Origin: Tubulanus polymorphus
Lineage: Eukaryota > Animalia > Nemertea
NCBI RefSeq assembly: GCF_964204645.1
Contig: NC_134032.1
Location: 10,032,275-10,096,274, forward strand
Length of the DNA: 64,000 bases
Direction of reading: 5' to 3'
In this document: positions 10,281-22,993 of the stretch, one piece after another
How positions within the stretch are numbered: position 1 is the first letter of the stretch
Layout of the letters: the number at the start of each line of letters is the position of its first letter
Notes under the pieces: model-generated
Told to the model about the DNA's origin: nothing
Database searches by the model: none
The model's input: only the letters and a program-made list of their open reading frames with translations
Position numbers and translations under genes: made by a program

Positions 10281-13212
10281 GTAAGTTTCCGTACCCCACT
10301 TTAAATGTATGAATGATCCATATAAATTTGAAATCCCGTACATGAGGTAGCGTTGCATCAAGGTATCTGGCGAAAGTGTGGGTTAAAAATGCGGCAGTTT
10401 ACTGCCGTGTTCGCGGGCACAGCTGATAAATTGATAGCACCGAATTGTTAGTGAAAGTCTAATATTAGCACGACTGGAATACTTGTTTTATCGCCATCAA
10501 TTGAAGTAATTTAATGGACGTTTGCATAGCGATCCGTTTTAGAGCCTGGTTATCTCATCCTCACACGGCAGGTATTCGAACCTGATGGCATCGCTACACT
10601 CGCACAGTTCCGCGGCACGAACCCCTGCCACAGTAGACCGGTAGCGCAGGTACATGCGCAGCTTTGCCGCACGAAAACTTGCGGCACAAATCAGATTGCT
10701 CGTTGTATAATCGCCGAGATAAATTTCACGGAAGAACTAAAATGGGAAAACCCGTGCTAAAATAAAACGGGATAGCTGATTGGCAAATAAGGACATCATC
10801 TAAGCTGCGCGTGTAGCTGTGCACTCGACGTATCGGCCCCACCGCGCGGGATTTACGCGAAGCAGCAAACACAAACATGGCCACTCTCTCAATTTTCAAT
10901 GATAGAAATCGTGTGTGAATTTCAATTATTTCGGCTGTTAGGGGTTTAAGGCACAATATAAGTTGATGATGTGGTATGGCGATGTTAATTAATGATAATT
11001 CCGCAGTGAAGCTAGTCACGAACGGTGCCGATTGAGTGTACAGCTGCCAAAAACACTGAAATGTGCGTAGTTGCGTAACTATTTGCAGTGAATTGCAGAC
11101 GAAACATGAAGCCTTAACGGCCGTTTAAAAAAAAAATATACCAATCGCAATTGTAAAATAAAAATGAGATAGAACCTAAGTTAAAATTCTGGCCATTTCT
11201 AAAATGTTATTACTAATTTTTAGTCAGTGCCGAACGTTTAGTTTTCCAACAATAATGAGGGGTGGTAGGTAATCATGCAATTCAAGTCATCATTTATTAC
11301 ACGTTACTTCCGTGTTGTTGAAAATCTCGCGAGTCCTGGACCAAACCCCAATGAACAATGTAATCTGTGTGCTGGCCACAAATGCACACAGATCACACTA
11401 CACTATCCATTACACACTCCAGTACCCACAGCTTTCATATATCCATCCAAATATTTAGAGTGTCTTTCTTCCTGGGTCTAGTGTGGCATACCAGTAATAG
11501 GGAAAGTGGGCTTTCATACCAGAGGTCGAAGGTCGAGACACCACTCATCACCACAAGTAATTTTTTTCTCTTATAAATGGGGGATAGAAAAGCATTCTTA
11601 GCAACAATAAATAACAGAATAAAACCAGCAAAAAAACAATTTGAAATAAAAAAGTTAGTTGATGTTACAAAAGAAATTGAACATAAAATATTGAAATTAG
11701 AAAAGATAAAAACTAAATATGGAGAGAAAGTATTAGCTAATTTAAGCTACTGCAATGTTAGTACATCGCGAGAATTTAAAGTATTTTTACCTGATAAATG
11801 GGTTTCATTGAGTACAGAGGAATTAAAAGATTTAGAAGGATTTAAAATAATCTATCATGGAAAAAATGAAGATGGCCATCATGATTTAGAAATTGTTGAT
11901 TAAATTTAAAAAAAATAAATTAATAAAAATAATGAATATCTAGAATCCGAAATGACTTATCTGGACAATTTAATTGCTCCGCATAGATAGAAAAAAGTAG
12001 TGAGATATTCAATTAATTAAAAAAAATCATTTTTTTGCTTTTTTTCTAAAATATTAATCCATTTTTTTTATTATCAATTTTGGAATTTCAGAAGTATTTT
12101 CATTTTTGATAGCAGTTGTTTCAGAATTATTAATATCATGAATTTTATTTGATTTCTTATACCAATTACACCCAATCAAAAAGAATACAATTACAAATCC
12201 AACTGTAAAATATAGACATTTATCAAATATTCTATCATTAGAAGGAGTAGAAATAACAATATTTTCACCATTTTTATTAACATTTTTATTACTTATTTTT
12301 TCTTTTACAGCTTTTTTATATTCTTGTGATTTAATTCCTAATTGCCGAGACCATTCAATTTGTGTCTGTGATCTCGGTTTTTTCTTCACTTCTTCCACCT
12401 TGTTCATTTATTATAGAAATATTTTTACTTTGAATATTTGAAAATGTTATAACTCCAGTTGATAATAATGTCATAAATCCACCTAATTGAAATGATAAAT
12501 ATCCAATCCATTTATTTAATTCGGTCATAACTAAATAATCATTTTTTAAATCAGCATATAATCTATTTTCATCTTGAATTGGCAGCATATAATTACATAA
12601 TTTACTATAACCTTTTACTACATTTTCTGATATCGCGTCATTAATTCTAGCTGTTCTCGCGGTTTCATAAATTTTAAATAATCTAATAATTTCATCTGAT
12701 TTCATTGTATCTAATTCATTATAAATTAAATTTTTACCGATAAAATTTTTACCTTTTCCAGATGCTATTAGTATTTCTTATTGATGTTTACAATAATTTA
12801 TTTATTTTACAATATTTAATTATTATTTGTTGTAACATTATTTAAAGCACCATCATCTGGAGTTAATTTTGTTTCTGTTATTCCTAAATCATCTAAAGTT
12901 TTTTTAATTGGAACATCACCATTTTTAGATTTTATTTTCTTTTCACCTCCCATTTATATAACAAACAAATTAGTTGTGTTGTTGCAACTAGAATTCAACT
13001 AGAATGTAACTAGAATTCAACTAGATTAACAAGCTAGTTGAAATATTGTTGTTTTTGTTTATTTCTTGTTGAATTTTATTTGATTTTTGTTTCAACTACT
13101 AATAACTAGAATTCAACTAGAATGTTACTAGAATTCAACTAGATTAACAAGCCAGTTGAATTTAAATAAATTCATATTTAAATGGGTGTTGTAATCTAAA
13201 TAGTAATTTTGA

Positions 13213-13770
13213 TCATTTAATATTTTTCAATTTATCCATATATTCATTATGTAAATCATGTGGAATAATATCATTTTCCTCAAGCGCATTTTTCATAGAT
13301 TTTCTATCTTTATTGTAGAATAAAACTAAAAATCTAATGTTTTCTCTAAAGTCTTCAACAATTGAATTATATTTTTGATTTAAAACCCAAGTTGTTATCC
13401 CAAAATGTCTACCAGAAAAAGCTAAATAACATAACTCACTCTCTCTAATTTTTGAATCATGTAAATTTGCGCAATCATCTATAATGAATAATGTATTTGA
13501 TCCTTTATAAATATCTATTGCTATTTTAATACAATTATCTAAATTTTCTTTTACTGTTTTAGGATCTAATATAATAAATTTATTATTTCTAGTAATATTT
13601 CTATCATAAGTTTGATTAAATTCATATGTTGGACAAAATAATACTATATTATCAAAATATTTTTTATAAACAGTTTCTAGTAAATTTAATATAAAATAAG
13701 TTTTTCCACAATTTGTTACACCAGAAATTAACATATTATGAGGCTCAAATATAAATAATTCCTTATTCAT
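13213..13770 (-). CDS. Polinton packaging ATPase, copy 3
   Basis: Walker A/B and GRH motifs. Confidence 0.85.
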   Translation of the reverse strand: MNKELFIFEPHNMLISGVTNCGKTYFILNLLETVYKKYFDNIVLFCPTYEFNQTYDRNITRNNKFIILDPKTVKENLDNCIKIAIDIYKGSNTLFIIDDCANLHDSKIRESELCYLAFSGRHFGITTWVLNQKYNSIVEDFRENIRFLVLFYNKDRKSMKNALEENDIIPHDLHNEYMDKLKNIK

Positions 13771-14358
13771 TTATATATTCTTAATTTTACTTGATAAAAT
13801 CCATTCATTGAATTTATCTGGCCATCCAACCCATTTTACTAAAGAATATTTTTTTCTTTTAATAGTTTTTGTTTTTAATACTTTTTCAATTTTATATTCT
13901 TGTTCTAGATTTTCAGTAGTTAAACTTAATTCTTCTTCGTAAAAGTAGCCATCAACTTCTTCACCATCTAAATCTTCTAATTTATAGACATATGGTTTTG
14001 TTGTTATTACCTTTTTTATTTTATATATTTCCCTAGTAAAATTTCGATCGTATCCTTTGTCAAATATCTTTCTATACTTAGAAATTCTAACATTTTGACC
14101 AACTTTAAATTTAGGTTCACCAAAATCATCTACAAGAAATGCTCCATATAAATCATTCCAAACAATTTCAGCATTTTCAGGTTTTCTAGCATCAATAGGT
14201 TTCATTCCAATAGAAGAATGATAAGAATTATTATATCCTTCTATCAATTTTGGTAAAACATCAATCCATTTAAAAGTATAATTTGCTGTAAAATATTTCC
14301 ACATTCTTGTTCTTAATGTTCTATTAAATCGTTCAACAACTGCTGCTTTTTTATCCGA
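13771..14358 (-). pseudogene. Truncated Polinton integrase-chromodomain, copy 3
   Basis: Four amino-acid differences from copies 1 and 2 in the ORF track. Confidence 0.9.
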
Positions 14359-14754
14359 TTGATATCATGTCGTTTTCCTTCATGATTTTCAGACCTATTT
14401 GACTGACGAAAGGCCGTACGTGAATCCTCCTCCCCCACCTATAACGTCATGGGGTTATATAAATAGATGGGGTCAGGCTGAAGATGAAATGAAGCCCATT
14501 TCGATTTAGAGATTAGAATAACTCATGCGTCAAAGTTCAATCTTTGGTCTACAGTGAAAAGAACAGTTTTGTTAAGTTTAGGTTTTTTTTAATGAAACCC
14601 CATGTTTCTATTCTAATGTCTGACGTAAATCGCCTTATGACATCATCGTCGGAATTCGTCGTAACTAAAATCGGGCCATGATGGAAGATTCCCCTATTCT
14701 GAATAAACCGAATTGTTTCATTAATCTTAAGATATCTACATCCTCTTATTTTAG

Positions 14755-15155
14755 GGACAAAACGGTCAGTGTAGAGGAAAGCGCTGAGAAACGGGATGCA
14801 GATTGTTGTTAGTAAGAATCTATTAATGCACTAAACCTCATTGATTCCCAAACAACATCTAGAAAACCGAATGCCGTATAAAAAGTTATATAGAAATAAC
14901 GTTACATGACGCATGAGGGCTGCAATATAACATTTGTAGTAAAACCGGTTTTGAAGTCAGAATTTTTCTAAAAAGTGTTATTAGTTGAACTAACGTACCG
15001 AGTTCGAACCCCACTTTAACAGTCCCATTTCTGACATCCTGACATGTTATTCTCTCCTTGTGAAAATCCTACAGCGGTTCACAAGAAGAAGATGCCGGTT
15101 CAGTGAAAAGAATTGCCAACAGTCAGCCTGCACTAGAAGCGGGAAAAAGAAACCC
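14755..15155 (+). CDS. Pro-region exon pair of knottin precursor A, unit 4 (14755-14811; 15075-15155)
   Basis: Same phase 2-2 exons; canonical tacag acceptor. Confidence 0.68.
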
Positions 15156-15430
15156 GTAAGTTTCCGTACCCCACTTTAAATGTATGAATGATCCATATAA
15201 TTTTGAAATCCCGTACATGAGGTAACGTTGCATCAAGATATCTGGCGAAAGTGTGGGTTAAAAATGCGGCAATTTACTGCCGTGTTCGCGGGCACAGCTG
15301 ATTGATTGATAGCACCGAATTGTTAGTGAAAGTCTAATATTAGCACGACTGGAATACTTGTTTCATCGCCATCAATTGAAGTAATTTAATGGACGTTTGC
15401 ATAGCGATCCGTTTTAGAGCCTGGTTATCT

Positions 15431-15780
15431 CATCCTCCCACGGTAGGTATTCGAACCTGATGGCATCGCTACACTCAGCCGCGGCACGAACCCCTGCCAC
15501 AGTAGACCGGGTGCGCAGGTCCGGGTGCGCAGGTACATGAGAAGCTTTGCCGCACGAAAACTTGTGGCACAAATCAGATTGGTTGTTGTATGATCGCCGA
15601 GGTAAATTTCACGGAAGAACTATAAGGGAAAACCCGTGCCAAAATAAAACGGGATATCGGATTGGCTAATAATGACATCATCTAAGCTGCGCATGTAGCT
15701 GCGCACTCGGTCTAGTGTGGCATGGTATCGTACCGTGGCAATCCGATGTCATCAGGTTCGAATCCCTGCCAGGGAGGATG
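15431..15780. mobile_element. MITE with ~80-bp imperfect TIRs (CATCCTCCC...GGGAGGATG) and 8-bp TSD GGTTATCT
   Basis: TSD at 15423-15430 and 15781-15788. Empty-site paralog near 17741 (gcttatccgtatta). An 8-bp TSD is compatible with hAT/P/Merlin types. Confidence 0.85.
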
Positions 15781-16340
15781 GGTTATCTGTATTAAGTTGT
15801 TAACTGCGGCTTAGCATATGTCTGCCTATAAAAAACAATCCTATCGTGAAACTATTAAAAAGCATGTCAGTCGATAAACTTCATTTCGTCAGTAACCGGC
15901 ATTGCCCTTAAGTTTGAAGAACTTGGAGCTTCTGTCCTGATTGGTTTTACGTGTATTTATTGTCCGTTGATTAATGAACAGCCTCCGGTGACACCAGGCT
16001 CTCGGCACTTGAAGTTTGTACCGGGTACCGTAGTTTAATAACCGGTCGCTGATAGTTCCTCTAAGTTTTCGTTGTTTCATATCATCATTCTCGGGAATGT
16101 GATGTGTGTCTGAAATTCCCATTATCAATCATTCGAAGATTTCATTCTCGTTAAAAACCGTTTAAACCATTCTCGTTTTATTATAAGTTTATTCACACTG
16201 ACCAAAATCGACACCATTTTTGATAGATTCTTTTCTTGTTCAATTTCAAAGAAGGGTTGTTGCATACAGATAGGCCTACAGCGTGACAGATTTTTACTTC
16301 ACACAGTTTGGCGAGCCACTGGACCAATTGTTTATTTCAG

Positions 16341-18617
16341 GTCTTCGACTGAAGACAAAAATACGGTCAAAAGAATGGCGGGAAGTTTTCCCTTTGATTT
16401 TTACAGCTCTTCGACCGAAGACGAAAGCGCAAAATTATTCAAAAGAATAGCGGAAAGTTTACAGGCGAGTTTTCAATCAGAGAACAACGATGACGAGAAA
16501 CAGGAGAAACGATCAGTGTAAGCTTTGGGTTCGAACCCCAGTTTTATGAAAAATTATATACTTTTTTGATTTGTAGAATTTTGTTGAATTTAGATTTTTC
16601 AATTGAAACCCCGTGCTTCTGTTCCGTTATGTTTGACAACGTAGATCCCATATGACATAATCGTTGCAATGCGTCAAAACTAATATCAGGTCTGGCTGAC
16701 GAACTCAGGTTTTATCTGGTTTAAATCTTGAAATGAAATGTAGTTCATTTCGATTAAGAGATTCTGAGAAGTCTTCGGCCTCAAAATCTAATGTTGTTAA
16801 TCTTTAGTTGAACGGAGTTAACAAGGAAACCTTAAGATATCTTGCACGATATACATATGCATGATGTCAACATTTTACGATATAGATGTTAGCTTATTAG
16901 ACAGTAAAGAAGCAGAATGTTGCAACTTAAGATAAAAAGTGAATCAGCAATACCAATATTTAGTCCTAAACTACCAATGATTTTTTTTGTGTTATCGCTG
17001 CCACTGTTGGAAAGTTCCACTACTCTGAATAGACCGAAATATTTGATGCCTCTTAAAGATATCCTCTAATTTTAGGGACAAAACGGACAGTGGAGAGGAA
17101 AACGCTGAGAAACGGGATGCAGATTGTTGTATGTAAGAATCTATCAATGCACTAAACCTCATTAGTCCCAAACAACATTTCTAGAAAAATGAATGCCGTA
17201 TAAAAAGTTGTTCAGAAATAACGTTACATGACGCACGAGGGCTGCAATATAACATTTGTAGTAAAACAAGTCAGAATTTCTCTAAAAAGTGTTATTAGTT
17301 GAACGTACCGAGTTCGAACCCCACTTTAACAGTCCCATTTCTGACTTTCTGACATGTCGTTTTCTCCTTGTGAAAATTCTACAGCGGTTCACAGGAAGAG
17401 GAAGGTGTGGGTTCAGTGAAAAGAATTGCCGATAGTCAGCCTGCGTCTTCACTAGAAGCGGGAAAAAGAAAACCGTAAGTTTCAGTACCCCACTTTAAAT
17501 GTGTTAATGATCCATACAATTTTGAAATCCCGTGCACGGGTAACGTTGCATCATAATATCCGGCGAAAATGTGGGTTCAAAATGCAGAAATCTACTGCGT
17601 TGTTCGCGGGCACAGCTGATTGATTGATCGCATCGAATTTTCAGTGAAAGTCTAATATTAGCACGAATGGAATACTTGTTTTATCGTCATTAATTAAAGT
17701 CATTTTATGGACGTTTGTATAGCGATCCGTTTTAGAGCCTGCTTATCCGTATTAGTAACCTTGGAAAAACGTTCCCTAACAAAATGACGACTAGCTACTG
17801 TAGAGCGGTCATTGAAGTAAATCATCGGTAAAACCAGGGAGGTCCCACCCCCCCCATCCTCCCCAGGCAGGGATTCCAACCTGATGGCATCGATTTTAAT
17901 TTTTTTTTCTTAAAACATTGAATTCATTACGATCGTGGAAGAGAATTCGAAAAGGTAAAAAAATTGCTTTACTTTGGAGGTTGACATCCATGCTAAATTC
18001 ATTCTTAGATTAAATAAGTTCTAACCGAAGTTTTCGCAGAAGAACTGTGTTTATTTTTGGACGTCGGAGAATAATGCATTTTTTCAATGAAATATCATTA
18101 TAAAATCAGATTCTTTATATTTTGCTCCAATCAATAATGCCATTCAAAAATATACTACATATTTACAGAGCGAAAAGAAAGATAAAATCATTCTGAGAAA
18201 GTTCGTTCAGTTGCATTTGATGTACGCAGGTTATGCCATACATGTCGGGTTTGTTTTGTCAGACATCCATTAGGTGAAACCGAACAAAACTTATGTACCC
18301 ACCTTTTCATTCCCTTTATCAGGGACCCAGCTCTCGAGAAAATTCTGGAAGGCGCCGTGGCAGACTCTAACGACCAAGCAGCCGATAGTGCGGTGGTGGC
18401 GGATAAACGAGTGTGTCGGGGGTACGGTCAACGATGTTTCAGGTGGACCAATGATAGGTGCTGCGCAAATCTGTTTTGTCACAGGCCGCACGCCAACAGC
18501 AACGGCACTTGCGCAGCGTGTAAAAGAGCCAACACGCCCTGCTGGAAGGATTTCGAATGTTGTAGAAATATGGTGTGTCGTAGACCACGCGCCAACAGGT
18601 TCGGCAGGTGCGCATAG
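16341..18617 (+). CDS. Double-knot (2x ICK) toxin-like precursor A, 3' exons: 16341 or 16407-16517, 17076-17132, 17385-17474, 18323-18617; mature peptide 18411-18614 VCRGYGQRCFRWTNDRCCANLFCHRPHANSNGTCAACKRANTPCWKDFECCRNMVCRRPRANRFGRCA
   Basis: All exons have AG/GTAAG boundaries, are phase 2 and join in frame. Acidic spacer, then KR, then two C-C-CC-C-C motifs. Signal exon not found in the window. Confidence 0.8.
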
Positions 18618-18696
18618 GGCCAACTCGATCTGCTTGAAGAATTCTGAATTTTGTCTTGGATATACGCGTAGCTGGCTCAGATATAAGCCCGTTTAA
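18618..18696 (+). pseudogene. Relic of a third knottin domain behind the stop codon of precursor A
   Basis: ANSICLKNSEFCLGYTRSWLRYKPV* aligns with gene B FESICWKDSECCLGYTCSWFRCKPV*. It is out of frame and three Cys codons are mutated. Confidence 0.85.
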
Positions 18697-19055
18697 ATTT
18701 GGAGGAGTTAGATCCTGATTACATAGACGGATCGGGCCCAATTTGTTTAATTTGACTTTAGCTCTAGTTTTACGGATTTAGTTTAACTCTGGATCCAGAT
18801 TCACAGTTGTGTGTTAATTTTATTCAGTTCTACGTTTTGAATTATGCCCGCATGTGCGTGTTTAGAAGCTTTATACATCAAAGAAGATAAGAGATTAGAA
18901 TTCATATATTGCTTGAAATATATTCAGAATATAGATGCATTTTCACCAGAGTATCAGAATCTTGTTTTATGTCTAACAACATCATTTCTGATCGGTCGGT
19001 ATACAAGGCATTCGATATCTATTCTCAGATTAAATGATAAGTTCTAACCAAAGTT

Positions 19056-19722
19056 CTCGACGTATCGGCCCCACTCCGCGCGGTTGCGCCGCCGCGCGGG
19101 ATTTACGCGAAGCAGCAGAACACAAACACGGCCACTCTCTCAATTTTCAATGATAGAAATCGTGTGTGCATTTCAATTATTTCGGCTGTTAGGGTTTTAA
19201 GGCACAATATAAGTTGATAATGTGATATGGCGATGTTAATTAATGATAATTCCGCAGTGAAGCTAGTCACGAACGGTGCCGATTGTGTGTACAGCTGCCA
19301 AAAACACTGAAATGTGACGGTAGTTGCGTAACTATTTGCAGTGAATTGCAGACGAAACATGAAGCCTTAACGGCCGTTTTAAAAGAAATTATACCAATCG
19401 CAATTGTAAAATAAAAATGAGATAGAACCTAAGTTAAAATTCTGGCCATTAATTATTATTACTAATTTTTAGTCAGTGCCGAACTTTTACTTTTCCAACA
19501 ATAATGAGGGGTGGTAGGTAGTCATGCAATTCAAGTCACCATTTATTACACGTTACTTCTGTGTTGTTGAAAATCTCGCGAGTCCTCGACTAAACCCCAA
19601 TGAACAATGTGATCTGTGTGCTGGCCACAAATGCACACAGATCACACTACACTACCCATTACACACTCCAGTACCCACAGCTTTCATATTTCCATCCAAA
19701 TATTTAGTGGCTTTCTTCCTGG
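19056..19722. repeat. ~660-bp segment also present in each array unit (1080-1722 etc.)
   Basis: Direct sequence match; same spurious ORFs (TSFTAELSLINIA..., MQFKS...). Confidence 0.9.
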
Positions 19723-19888
19723 ATTCCTGGAAGTACGGGCAGAGTAAAAAGTGATATTCATCCCCCACTGCCTCTAAATCACACTTTTGGCACAGCCTAT
19801 TGGCACGGGATATTCCACGCCACCGCCCAACTTCCACCGGTAGCCTGTGAGCTGAGCATCTAAATCTACATAAAGTTAACTGGTCCAT
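19652..19888 (-). mobile_element. 3' fragment of a non-LTR retrotransposon ORF2 (RTE-X-like, clade tentative)
   Basis: CRFRCSAHRLPVEVGRW...LCQKCDLEAVGDEYHFLLCPYF is a C-terminal CCHC-type motif like that of the element at 61494-62681. Confidence 0.75.
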
Positions 19889-22800
19889 AGGAGTTTACAT
19901 AATATAAGGAGACGATCCAGAGAATATAGACGAACGACGGTATTTGCAATGATTAATCTGTCTTTATTTTGTATATGTGGTGGCTGATTGCAACCCTCAT
20001 CCTTAGGCAGCGACAGTGGATTCGGATGGACGGACAAACGATTGGAAAGGAGAGGAGGATAGGGCAAGTAGAGACGGACGGACGGACGGACGGGCGGGCG
20101 GGCGGATGGACGCGATGGTTGTTATAACCTATGTACTACAACTATTTTCATTATAGAATATTCTGACTTAATAAGTCTTGTTGTGAACTGTGCAGTAACA
20201 AATTGATAAACAGTACTTAACACAAATATATAATCCTGAAAACTTTGAACAGCCAACAAAATGTGAAAACTGTCAATTGAATAACCGCCTTAACAAGAGC
20301 AGCGATTATCATTTCTCCTCGTTTTTTTTTTGTGCGCAAACCAACCAAGCAGGGTGTTTAAAAACGGCAATTTGCAAATAAGCGATTACACAATCGTATT
20401 TACAGTGGTCGTTTGGGGAACGTCTAATTACGCCGGTCGGATTTGCGTTTTTAATGTATTTGTGTTAATCGAGGCCCGTCACGTGATTGGGGGAGCAATC
20501 AAACGAAATTGCCGGGCTATTTATTTTGCGAAACAAACCCGACCTCGTTGGGTGTGTAATTCCGACCGTTTGTCATTATTGTTCTAATTTGCAGGAGGGA
20601 GGTTTCCATTGGAAATGAAAGGGAGCGAAGGAGTGGTAAATTAGGGCGAGGGAGTGTGAGATGAGGGGAGGGCGATTGGAAAGGAGAGGGGGATAGGGCA
20701 AGCAGAGAAGGATCTCAGTTTTAAACTGGGAGACTAGAACCCGAGGGTCTAAAGCAATCCACCAATTTAATCTGTGCATAATTTTAAATAGTTTGAATAC
20801 CGCGTTTCTTCGTTTGTGGTGTTCACCGATATCGTCTATTTGACGGTTTACTGGAAATAGGCTTAGCCGGATGTTCGGGATTCATACGGTTACTCTACCG
20901 TGGCAACGATGTTGAGGCCGACATAGCTGTCTAGGACGACAGGCGAACTTCGAGTTCTATTCGGTTTTTTACACTTTCTGCGTTTTTAACGGAAATTTCT
21001 TTAAATTGGAACTTTTGCAATCGAGGAACAAGGTGTACTCGTTAGAAGTCAGTCATCTTAGATTCAATGAGAAATACTTATGCCACTCTGGCACTTGAGT
21101 TTCCGCTAGGTGGCGATAGTGAATCAGCTCTCTCACTTCTTTATCATTCCGGTCCCTTGTGAATACGTATAGTATAGCTGTACAGCAACTTGTGAATCTT
21201 TGTTTGTACATAACATACATTCTGTGTTCATTATTTTTGTCTTCCTTTTTTTCTCCGTCTATATTCTTTTTATATTCTTTGTTATGTTTTATAATTGCAA
21301 ATACTTCTTGATGTACCCCTGCATACCTCCCGTTGAAGTGATGTGCGTAAGTATGCATGAAGATGAGTAAATAAATGAAAAAATTCGGTGAGATATATCA
21401 AATAATACAACTGTAGCAATTGAGGACGCGAGTGAGAAGTCAGTACCCGATTATTGCCTGTATGGACACATCGTGAAAAGGAATTGCTGCTGAGTTAATA
21501 CTGTGACATCCCTCTTTCCTGAATCATTGAAAAGAACGTATGAGATCTACCCGGTACTATTTTTTGCACGAAATATCATGTCATCAGTGAGCCAGTGGTT
21601 ATACGGTTTGTCCTATATGCGCAACAGACGTTCCGCGTCTGTGCAGTAGACCTTATTTACTGGGACCGGCCAAATCGGTCGAACTTAGCGATGTCCGAGT
21701 TCAGGATTGAAAAGAATAAAATAGCATATCAGAAAATCAATAAATCAAATTTTTTGAGTCAATAACTTTTCGAATTGGCCATATCCGCCAGTACAAAGTC
21801 ATTTATGCAAATATAGCAGTTTTGTGTACAACTACATACGTACAACATATACATAATACATCATAATATTAACAATAATTACACTTGTAATAATAATACA
21901 TTTAGACGCTATTAGCAATTTCAGGAGGGTGCAATTATCATTCTTAGTTCCCGTTATCAACAACCACCAAGCGCCCACTCGCTGAGGCGGACTTTGACAC
22001 TAATTGTCCTCAACTACCAGACGGCATCGTTAGGCTCATTATCGCCGGGAGTAATTTTCGTTCTCGTTTGTTTCGGTAATTTTTCGTTCGCCGTACACAC
22101 GACGTCAGTTTGGTCTCTTTGTTTCGGAGGACATCGACGCTGATTCTATTCTTGCCAGTCACACACACATAGCCGGATTTTGTCATCGCAGACGAAGCCT
22201 TCAGGTTGGTAAATATTTTTATTTTGCTCTGGAAAAGAGAAGTCAATTGATTAGTTGATGTTTAGGCGGAAATTAATCTATTCAACATGTATATCTGCGA
22301 CTCTTAAATTACCAGCCACGAGCGATCTTATGCATAATTCTAGCAGAAAGGCGGACACCACATCGTACCTCCTGCCATATGGTGCTGTTAGTTGAGTTAA
22401 TTTTTATACATTATTGGCGCCTGGAACACCAGGAGCACGTCTCATAAAGAGGCATAAACTTTAGATTTGGTAATATTTGTATTGTTTGGCTTTATTACTG
22501 AACACGAAAAGTCAATTGACGAAGAGTTGATTCAGATTAAAACGATCTTGTATAGGTAAGGCTCAAACCTAAGACCTAAGACCAGTCTAAAGAAAATGTT
22601 CTATCTTACAACTTGAAACCAGTCAAAGTTAGTCTATATGTTTATTGTCAATATTCCCAAATATAATCAGTTTTAAGTTTTATTATTTTGGTTCTATGCT
22701 TAAGCTAACAGCTTAACTAAACACAAGCCTATCAGCTCATATTGATTGCACATAAAGTCATGATTCAAGATCACTATAGGACCTAGGCCAAGACTGGGCT

Positions 22801-22993
22801 GGCTCAAGTCTGACAGATCTAAACCCAGTACTTCAGATTACCAACAGGCCCTTTCCCTGTTCCTAAGTTTTATGAGTTAGATCAATACGAAGTAAGACTT
22901 GCCCCTTTACGTAGAAAGCTATTCCATGCAGTGTAAGATTTTGAACTTATACTGTTTTTCGTTTTTTTTTCTTCCATGTTACGCTCTACCAGG

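Larger units (their letters stand above)
11490..14360 (-). mobile_element. Polinton/Maverick fragment, copy 3
   Basis: ORFs 11577-11903, 12054-12407, 12355-12705, 13213-13770, 13771-14304, with a few private substitutions. Confidence 0.88.
1..15710. repeat. Near-identical tandem array, period ~4.86-4.88 kb (3 full units plus a partial fourth; probably continues upstream of the window)
   Basis: Position 1 matches 4860, 9735 and 14610. ORFs recur at 1824/6699/11577 and 4018/8893/13771 with few substitutions. Unit 1 lacks 15 bp near 781. Similarity ends near 15710. Confidence 0.97.

Noticed and set aside
1-15710. Active or complete tandem provirus, or a bacterial/phage contaminant
   Set aside because: No polymerase, capsid, protease or TIRs; the integrase is truncated; units contain host spliceosomal exons continuous with flanking DNA.
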